A DNA stretch of 64,000 bases from Candidatus Latescibacterota bacterium (GTDB lineage: Bacteria; Latescibacterota; UBA2968; UBA8231). Location of the stretch: contig CBDETY010000003.1 in assembly GCA_965243025.1 (NCBI GenBank), positions 5,568,001 through 5,632,000 of the forward strand, given 5' to 3'. The notes under the pieces were generated by a model. That model was given only the letters and a program-made list of their open reading frames with translations. It searched no databases and was not told the DNA's origin. Below, in pieces: positions 58,401 through 64,000 of this stretch. The number at the start of each line of letters is the position of its first letter. Positions within the stretch are counted from its first letter, which is position 1. Position numbers and translations under genes: made by a program.

Positions 58401-59993
58401 GGCAGCCGCGTCGAGGTCCTCGCCGACGGCAGTGCCGCCGCCGTTCCGGTTGAAGCGGGTGGGGCGGACGGGGAGGATGAGGCCGAAGGCGGCGGCCCGG
58501 CCGGACTGATCGGGCGCTGGCTCCAGTTCTACGGCCCCTTGTCTGCCGCGGAGATCGAGGAGATGCTCGGCATCGAACCCGCCCTGCTGCGGCAGGCTCT
58601 CGACGACCTCGTCGACTCGGAGGCCGCGGTCCGGGGGCTGCTGGTCGCCGGGGCCGGGACGGAGACCTGGTGCGACGCCGAGAACCTCGAAATCCTGCTG
58701 CGCCTGGCGCGCGCCGGGGCGGTGCCGGCCTTTCGGCCGCTGCCGCTTTCGCGGCTGCCGCTCTTTCTCGCCGACTGGCAGGGACTGACCGACGCCGGGG
58801 GGGGTGCCGGGGACCTGCCGCGGCGGCTCGAGCAGCTGCTCTGCTACGAGGCCCCGGCCGCGGCCTGGGAGGGGGAGTTCCTTCCCGCCCGCCTGCCCGG
58901 GTACTCGGGCTCCTGGATCGACGCCTGCATGCAGGAGAGCTCCCTGCGCTGGGTCGGCCGCCGCAGCGAGAGGATCGCCCTCTGTTTCGACGCCGACCTC
59001 GATCTGCTCCGGGGCCCGGACGGGTCCGTTGAAGAAGGGGACGGCGAGCCTGCCGCGGAGGATGCGGCCGCGGCGGCCGGGCTGTTTCCCGACCCGGCGG
59101 GGCGCTACGACTTCGCCACCCTGCTGCGCCTGACCGGGATCTCCGCCTCCGAGCTGTCGCGTCGGCTCTGGTCCGGGGCCTGGGCGGGCAGGGTCACCAA
59201 CGACAGCTTCGGCGCCCTGCGCAAGGGGATCGAGACGCGCTTCGAGGTCCCGGAAACGGGGCCGACGGCCGGGCGCCGCCCCGGGGCCGGGGGGCGCGGG
59301 GGTTTTTCCCGCTGGAAGGGGTCGCTGCCGTTCGCCGGCAACTGGCTCCTGCTGCCGGAGGCGGAGCCGGCCGCCGACCCCCTGGAAAGCGAGGAGCGCT
59401 GCAAGGAGCGCGTGCGCCTGCTGCTCGACCGCTACGGCCTGCTGTTCCGCGAGCTGCTGCAGCGGGAATCCGCTCCCTTCCGCTGGCCCGCCCTGTTCCG
59501 CTCGCTGCGCCTGATGGAGCTGTCGGGCGAAATCCTTTCCGGCTGCTTCTTCGAGGGCATCCCGGGGCCGCAGTTCATATCGCACCGGGCCTTCCGCAGG
59601 CTGCAGCGGGACCTGCCGGAGAAGCAGGTCTTCTGGATCAACGCCGCCGATCCGGCCTCACCCTGCGGCCTGCCGCTCGAGGAGCTGCGCGCCTCCCTGC
59701 CGAGACGCGTCGCCGGCACCCACCTCGTCTACCACGGCCCCGACCTCGTCGTCGTCTCCGCGCGCCGCGGGAAGGCGCTGACCTTCCGGGTGGATGCGGA
59801 CAGCGGCGACCTGCCGCGCTACTTCGGCTTTCTCCACCATCTGCTGACGGCGCCGTTCCGCTCGTCGCGGCGCGTGGTGGTCGAAACCATCGACGGAAGT
59901 CCGGCGTCGGGAAGTCCCTACCTCGACGCCCTGCGCACCTGCTTCGAGGTCCTGCCCGACTACAACGAGGTGGTGATCATGGGCGGCAGGTAG
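55419..59993 (+). CDS. lhr: Lhr family SF2 helicase (long form)
   Basis: APTGSGKT, SPLKAL, TTPESL, DEVH, SAT, LELGID and QRIGRAGH motifs plus extended C-terminus. About 1524 aa. Confidence 0.92.
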   Translation: MTAAEGGPGPRNGSSETAAPASTDGLELFHPLVAGWFRERLGAPTDVQQRSWPRIAAGEHLLITAPTGSGKTVTAFLWALDRLVRGEWQTGATRVLYVSPLKALNNDIRRNLLRPLGELRETFAAAAAPFPGIRVQTRSGDTPQHERRAMLRRPPEILITTPESLNLLLSSRGGLGLIGNVATVILDEVHSVVGNKRGVHAITAVERLVPLCGEFQRIALSATVKPLDTVAEFVGGLRAEGEAEGEPRLRPRPVGIVQSTDVKQYDVRVRFPRTAADQQGADAESVWPPLVEEFSRIVAGNRSTLLFTNNRRLCEKLTLLINGGGERPLAYAHHGSLSREIRETVEGKLKDGELRAIVATASLELGIDIGALDEVVLVQSPHSIASGIQRIGRAGHDVGEVSRGTLFPTYSSDFIESAVMAAGVLNGDIEEARPVEAPLDVLAQVVVSMAALEPRDLDEIYRVVRSSYPYRNLGRGQFALVVDMLAGRYAHTRIRELQPKLSVDRLDNTAAARRGAVQDLYFSGGTIPDRGYFHLRVEESNARIGELDEEFVWECSEGQTFTMGSQSWTIRRITHNDVFVTPSPPKAADLPFWKADGGGREFHFSERIGEFLEAADGRLDDPRFRQRLQRDHAMDETAADQLLDLLRRQRKETRCPLPHRRHVVVEYAGSAPLGHEGNQVVLHTFWGERVNRPFALALDAAWEERFGQRLEIYPANDCIAMMLPHEIEAEELLSLVPPVRLEDHLRRRLESSGYFGARFRECCGRALLLGRRRMNERLPLWLTRLRSQKLLDAVRRFDDFPLLIEAWRSCLQDEFDMPALQQLLTELESGGISWSAAHTEQPSSFARAISWRQVDNYMYRGDEPAASEPSRLRGDLLREVLFSPDLRPAVPAAVVRGFVEKRQRLAPGYAPRSARELVDWVVERLLIPEGEWEELLAAIDRDRGIDPDSGEAAADLVAAAGDRLVRVDAGGAVLVAAREQLPWLGRAWSRLPGSGSRVEVLADGSAAAVPVEAGGADGEDEAEGGGPAGLIGRWLQFYGPLSAAEIEEMLGIEPALLRQALDDLVDSEAAVRGLLVAGAGTETWCDAENLEILLRLARAGAVPAFRPLPLSRLPLFLADWQGLTDAGGGAGDLPRRLEQLLCYEAPAAAWEGEFLPARLPGYSGSWIDACMQESSLRWVGRRSERIALCFDADLDLLRGPDGSVEEGDGEPAAEDAAAAAGLFPDPAGRYDFATLLRLTGISASELSRRLWSGAWAGRVTNDSFGALRKGIETRFEVPETGPTAGRRPGAGGRGGFSRWKGSLPFAGNWLLLPEAEPAADPLESEERCKERVRLLLDRYGLLFRELLQRESAPFRWPALFRSLRLMELSGEILSGCFFEGIPGPQFISHRAFRRLQRDLPEKQVFWINAADPASPCGLPLEELRASLPRRVAGTHLVYHGPDLVVVSARRGKALTFRVDADSGDLPRYFGFLHHLLTAPFRSSRRVVVETIDGSPASGSPYLDALRTCFEVLPDYNEVVIMGGR

Positions 59994-60144
59994 CGGGAAC
60001 GGCCGCCCGTGGGAGGCCGTTCCGGCAGGCAGAAGGGCCGGGCGGCTCGGCACGCGCTTCCGGTTGGATCGAGGGAACCGGGAAGCTACGTTATGGGCGG
60101 ATGGTGACGCAGCGCGATTCGCCCTTTATCGAAAGGATGGAGCC

Positions 60145-60612
60145 ATGACCGACCAGGTGACGGCAGAGGACATTCTGGCAGTGAAGGGAGGGGACCTCCT
60201 CAGCGTTCAGGAGGACGCGACCATCGGGGAAGCGCTCGAGGTCATGGTCGGCGGCAAGGTGGGATCCATTCTGGTCAGGGAGGGCAGCCGCATAGTCGGC
60301 ATCTACACCGAACGGGATCTCATGCGCAACTCCATCGACACCGGTTTCGACCCGAGGAGGGAGCGCATCGGGGATCACATGACCCGCGGCCTCAAGTTCG
60401 CCCCCCACACCGACACCGCCTACGAGCTGATGGACAAGTTCCTCGGCCTGCGCATCAGGCACCTCCTGATCGACAAGCACGACCGGTTCATCGGCATGCT
60501 TTCGGTCGGAGACGTCATCAAGGCCGCCCTGCAGGCGCGCACCGACGAGCTGGAGGAGCTCGAGGCGATCGCCAAGTGGGAGTACTACGAGGAGTGGAAG
60601 CCCCGCCGCTGA
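60145..60612 (+). CDS. CBS domain protein
   Basis: VGIYTERD and GMLSVGD CBS pair. Confidence 0.88.
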   Translation: MTDQVTAEDILAVKGGDLLSVQEDATIGEALEVMVGGKVGSILVREGSRIVGIYTERDLMRNSIDTGFDPRRERIGDHMTRGLKFAPHTDTAYELMDKFLGLRIRHLLIDKHDRFIGMLSVGDVIKAALQARTDELEELEAIAKWEYYEEWKPRR

Positions 60613-60627
60613 GGCCGGGGCAGCGCC

Positions 60628-61230
60628 ATGCCGAGAATACAGGTAATCCCGGTGGAGCGTGCGACCGGCGCCCTCAAGGCCGAGTACGACAAGGCGACCG
60701 GCCGCGCCGGGCGGGTGTGGAACATCGTCAGCGTCATGAGCTGCAATCCCCCGGTCCTGCGGGATGCGATCCGGTTCTACGGCAGCGTGATGCACGGGCC
60801 GTCGCCGCTGACCCGCAGGCAGCGGGAGATGCTCGCCGTCGTCGTCTCCGCCCGCAACCACTGCGTCTACTGAACCCGTTCCCACGCCCACGATCTCCGG
60901 GAAGAGATCGCCGCATCCGGTGACATGAGCGCCGCCGAGGCCGACGCCTTCGTCCACGCGGTCGCGCGCGACTGGCGAAGCGCCCCGCTCGACGGGCAGG
61001 ACCGCGAGCTGTGCGAGTTCGCCGAGCGGCTCACCGGCGATTCGGAGGCCGTGGACGAGGGAGGCATAGACGCCCTGCGCCGCTGCGGCCTCGACGACCG
61101 CGCCATTCACGACGCCACGCAGGTGGTGGCGTTCTTCAACTACATCAACCGCGTCGCCTCCGCCCTCGGGGTGGAGCAGGAGACCTTCGTCCGCGCCTGG
61201 GAGCAGGCGGCCGCGCCCTCCTCCCGGTAG
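60628..61230 (+). CDS. AhpD/CMD-like peroxidase-related selenoprotein (UGA = Sec at 60871-60873)
   Basis: REMLAVVVSARNHCVY-UGA-TRSH continues in frame into ORF 60925..61230 (FFNYINR). CxxU replaces CxxC. Confidence 0.85.
60891..60910 (+). promoter_or_regulatory. Candidate bacterial SECIS hairpin
   Basis: CGATCTC-CGGGAA-GAGATCG, G-rich apical loop about 24 nt after the UGA. Confidence 0.65.
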
Positions 61231-61478
61231 AATTCAAGCATCGCAACAGCGCCGTGAAATCTCTACCTGTCCAGCCAACCGCTGAACCATCGGCTCAGCC
61301 GGTCGAGAAACGGTTCCGGCCGGTTGGAGACAACAGAGTGGCAGGAGTAGTATGAGTTTAACGAGCGATCCCGGCATGGGGTAAGCAGAAGGGTGAGGTG
61401 ATGGACGGAGAGCAGATTTTCAGGTAAGGACGCCTTCAAAAGCGTTGACGGCAGCGCGAAAGATGGCCGGCACGCCGG

Positions 61479-62447
61479 TTACTCCATCTCCAGGGCGGCC
61501 TTGATCCGGCCCCAGGAAACCGACTCGACCGCGGTGCCTTCCGGTTCGGCGTCGGCGGACAGCAGCAGCCCGTCGAGAAAGACATCTGCTTGAATTCTAA
61601 ATACGGCTAAGGTCGCTTCCCATGTCCCGTCAGACATGGCTTCGGGTATCCAGTACAACCTCCCTCCCTCTTCCTCATTATTATCATCCCCGTCAACCAC
61701 TGTAATCCCGAAGCCGATCACTTTTCCCGCCTCCAGATCGCTGACCTCGTTTTTTCCGGCGCTGTCCCTTCCTCCGCCCCAATGGTCGAACGGGGTGACG
61801 TACAGCTCGATCACGCTGATGGTCGGGTTTTCCCCGGCAACGCCACCGCCTCCCTCTCCGTAGGGAGGCAGGGCATTCCAGGCGAACTTTTCTGTCCTCA
61901 CTCTGGTTGAAAAGTCATCCAGAGTCGGGCCGCCTACGGTGCGGGCAATCGCCTCGTAGCTCTGAGTTTGCCCCAGAAGCATCTCCCACTCTTCCACTGT
62001 CGTACTGTTGACAGCGCCTGCACCGCCGCTGTGGTCCCCGTCGATGGCCAGGGAGATACTGTCATATGCCCGCATAGGCCAACCCACGCTGTAGTCGTGG
62101 TTGTTCATGTACAGGTCGTCGCTGCCAATGAAGGCCACATAGAAACGGGCAGGGTCGTCGTGCCAGGCAAGCCAGATGCGGAAGTCCAGGTCGGACGGAT
62201 CGGGGCTCACTCCACCTATGAAATCCAGCAGGGTCATTGCCGGCTCGCCGATCAGGTCATACCACTCGTCCACCGACCCGTCGTCGAGCCGGATCTGTTC
62301 CAGCATCTCGCCGGTGAGTTCCGGAATCGGGTACACGCGGCCGCCGGAATGGGCGTCTGCCCGAGTAGACAGCCAGGCGGAGATGGGGAGCGAGAGGAGC
62401 AGTAAGAGGGTGGTGAACCATTGTTTCCTGACCGAGGTAAGAATCAT
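61479..62447 (-). CDS. Secreted CBM9-like protein with C-terminal SWGRIKA motif (paralog 4)
   Basis: ADA then HSG after the signal peptide, DGDHSGG and TAVESVSWGRIKA motifs. Leader AAGGCTGGAGACTC-ATG shared with paralog 5. Confidence 0.78.
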   Translation of the reverse strand: MILTSVRKQWFTTLLLLLSLPISAWLSTRADAHSGGRVYPIPELTGEMLEQIRLDDGSVDEWYDLIGEPAMTLLDFIGGVSPDPSDLDFRIWLAWHDDPARFYVAFIGSDDLYMNNHDYSVGWPMRAYDSISLAIDGDHSGGAGAVNSTTVEEWEMLLGQTQSYEAIARTVGGPTLDDFSTRVRTEKFAWNALPPYGEGGGGVAGENPTISVIELYVTPFDHWGGGRDSAGKNEVSDLEAGKVIGFGITVVDGDDNNEEEGGRLYWIPEAMSDGTWEATLAVFRIQADVFLDGLLLSADAEPEGTAVESVSWGRIKAALEME

Positions 62448-62610
62448 GAGTCTCCAGCCTTTCTCAACGCTGAACATCGCCAGACCGATCTTCGGCTACT
62501 ATCCAAATTTCCTCTGCAACAGTTATCCAAACCTCCCGCTGAAAAAGGATGACCAAGCTGTCGATGCCCGTCGAAATAAACGGAGGCGTCAGGTATGACC
62601 GAGGCACCGG

Positions 62611-63573
62611 CTACTTCATCTCCAGGGCGGCCTTGATCCGGCCCCAGGAAACCGACTCGACCGCGGTGCCTTCCGGTTCGGCGTCGGCGGACAGCAGCAG
62701 CCCGTCGAGAAAGACATCCGCTCGGATTTTATCTATGGCCCTGTCCGCGTCCTTTCCGTCAGACATGGCTTCTGGTATCCAATACAGGCTCCCCCCGTCC
62801 TCTTCAAAATCCACCTCAACCACCGAAATCCCAAAGCCGATGACCTGCCTCGCGGTCAGATCGCTGGGCAGGATCTCCCCGGGCATGTGAAATCCCTCCC
62901 AGCGGTCGAACGGGGTGACGTACAGCTCGATCACGCTGATGGTCGGGTTTTCCCCGGCGGCGCCGCCGCCCGATTCACCCCAGGGAGGCAGGGCCGTCCA
63001 GGCCAACGCTTCCGTTTGGTGCCTGGTGGCGGAGTCGTCCAGGTTCGGACCGCCGGCGGTGCGCGCAATAGCCTGGTATACCTGTGTTTGCCCCAGAAGC
63101 GTCTCCCACTCTTCCAATGTCGTACTGTTGACAGCGCCCCCACCGCCGCTGTGGTCCCCGTCGATGGCCAACACGATACTGTCATTGGCACCCATATGAT
63201 CTCGGATAGAAGTCCACCAATCCACGCTGTAGTCGTGGGTGTTCTTGTATTGATCGTCGCTGGCAATGAAGGCCACATAGAAACGGGCCGGGTCTTCGTG
63301 CCAGGCAAGCCAGATGCGGAAGTCCAGGTCGGACGGATCGGGGTTCAGGACCCCTCCCCCTTTGAAATCCAGCAAAGTCATGGCCGGCTCGCCGATCAGG
63401 TCATACCACTCGTCCACCGACCCGTCGTCGAGACGGATCTGTTCCAGCATCTCGCCGGTGAGTTCCGGAATCGGGTACACGCGGCCGCCGGAATGGGCGT
63501 TGGCCGAGATGGGGAGCGAAAGGAGCAGCAAGAGGGTGGTGTACCATTGTTTCCGAACCAATGTAGGAGTCAT
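62611..63573 (-). CDS. Secreted CBM9-like protein with C-terminal SWGRIKA motif (paralog 5)
   Basis: Tandem paralog of 61479..62447. Confidence 0.78.
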   Translation of the reverse strand: MTPTLVRKQWYTTLLLLLSLPISANAHSGGRVYPIPELTGEMLEQIRLDDGSVDEWYDLIGEPAMTLLDFKGGGVLNPDPSDLDFRIWLAWHEDPARFYVAFIASDDQYKNTHDYSVDWWTSIRDHMGANDSIVLAIDGDHSGGGGAVNSTTLEEWETLLGQTQVYQAIARTAGGPNLDDSATRHQTEALAWTALPPWGESGGGAAGENPTISVIELYVTPFDRWEGFHMPGEILPSDLTARQVIGFGISVVEVDFEEDGGSLYWIPEAMSDGKDADRAIDKIRADVFLDGLLLSADAEPEGTAVESVSWGRIKAALEMK

Positions 63574-63789
63574 GAGTCTCCAGCCTTAGGAAAAAAAACG
63601 GACGAGCGCCCGCCCCGGGCGTGAAAGGGTGTGGTTCACCCAAAGGAGACGCAAAAGGCATGCCTGTACATGGGCGGGGCTCAATCAGTTTGTGCCTGTT
63701 GTGCGTAACCTGTTGTTTATCATTGGGGTTATTTAAATTTCATTTTTCTCGCCTTCGTCCTTGTCGCCATCGGCTCCCCCTTGGTCTCG

Positions 63790-63846
63790 CCGTATATGAT
63801 ACGGTTTTCCGTATATGATACGGTTTGCCGTATATGTTACGGTTTC
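63790..63846. repeat. Three tandem 19-nt palindromic units
   Basis: CCGTATATGATACGGTTTT, CCGTATATGATACGGTTTG, CCGTATATGTTACGGTTTC. Confidence 0.85.
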
Positions 63847-64000
63847 GCAGATGGGCCGCGGCCCTCCAGCCGTTCCTGCTTCAAGCCGGCTTCCCACGAC
63901 AGCGGCCTTTCCGTGCACGGCGGAAAGGGTGCCGGAGGAGGGCGGGCGGTTTGCTCCCCGCTTTCTCTACACTATATCAATGATGGCTAGACGAGTTAAT

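Noticed and set aside
56301-59585. Very long antisense ORFs (also 47576-50809, 10298-12034, 12309-14471)
   Set aside because: These are shadow ORFs expected opposite high-GC genes and show no recognisable motifs.
61231-61478. Structured ncRNA between convergent genes
   Set aside because: Only an imperfect CCAACCG/CGGTTGG stem, with no recognisable family.
61479-63573. Diversity-generating retroelement as the cause of variation
   Set aside because: No reverse transcriptase or template repeat in the window. Differences include indels and are not restricted to adenines.
63790-63846. Possible CRISPR array
   Set aside because: Units are contiguous with no spacers, and there are no cas genes.

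Overview
High-GC bacterial chromosomal region, densely coding on both strands. It is dominated by catabolic genes (sugar ABC transporter, three PhyH-family dioxygenases, three enolase-superfamily enzymes, two sulfatases, aldo-keto and short-chain reductases, amidohydrolases, a BNR/sialidase-like protein) plus housekeeping genes (msrA, hemL, DEAD-box helicase, SpoU methylase, lhr). The gene content resembles Latescibacterota/Poribacteria-like marine or sponge-associated bacteria (inference). No rRNA, tRNA, CRISPR array, transposase or integrase was recognised. Main points of interest: (1) five paralogous secreted CBM9-like proteins with a His right after the signal peptide and a shared C-terminal V[EQ]Sx[ST]W[GA]RIKA motif, whose DNA alternates near-identical framework with divergent loops; two of them sit behind a tandem pair of large membrane proteins with the same loop-restricted divergence; (2) an AhpD-like selenoprotein (CxxU with a SECIS-like hairpin) that the ORF track splits in two; (3) an in-frame palindromic insertion inside a PhyH gene; (4) a toxin-antitoxin cassette flanked by a 42-bp duplication of the hemL 3' end; (5) three translationally coupled membrane-anchored coiled-coil genes with repeat-length variation; (6) three tandem palindromic 19-mers; (7) several broken genes, some possibly sequencing errors. 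All family assignments come from motif recognition by eye, not database searches.
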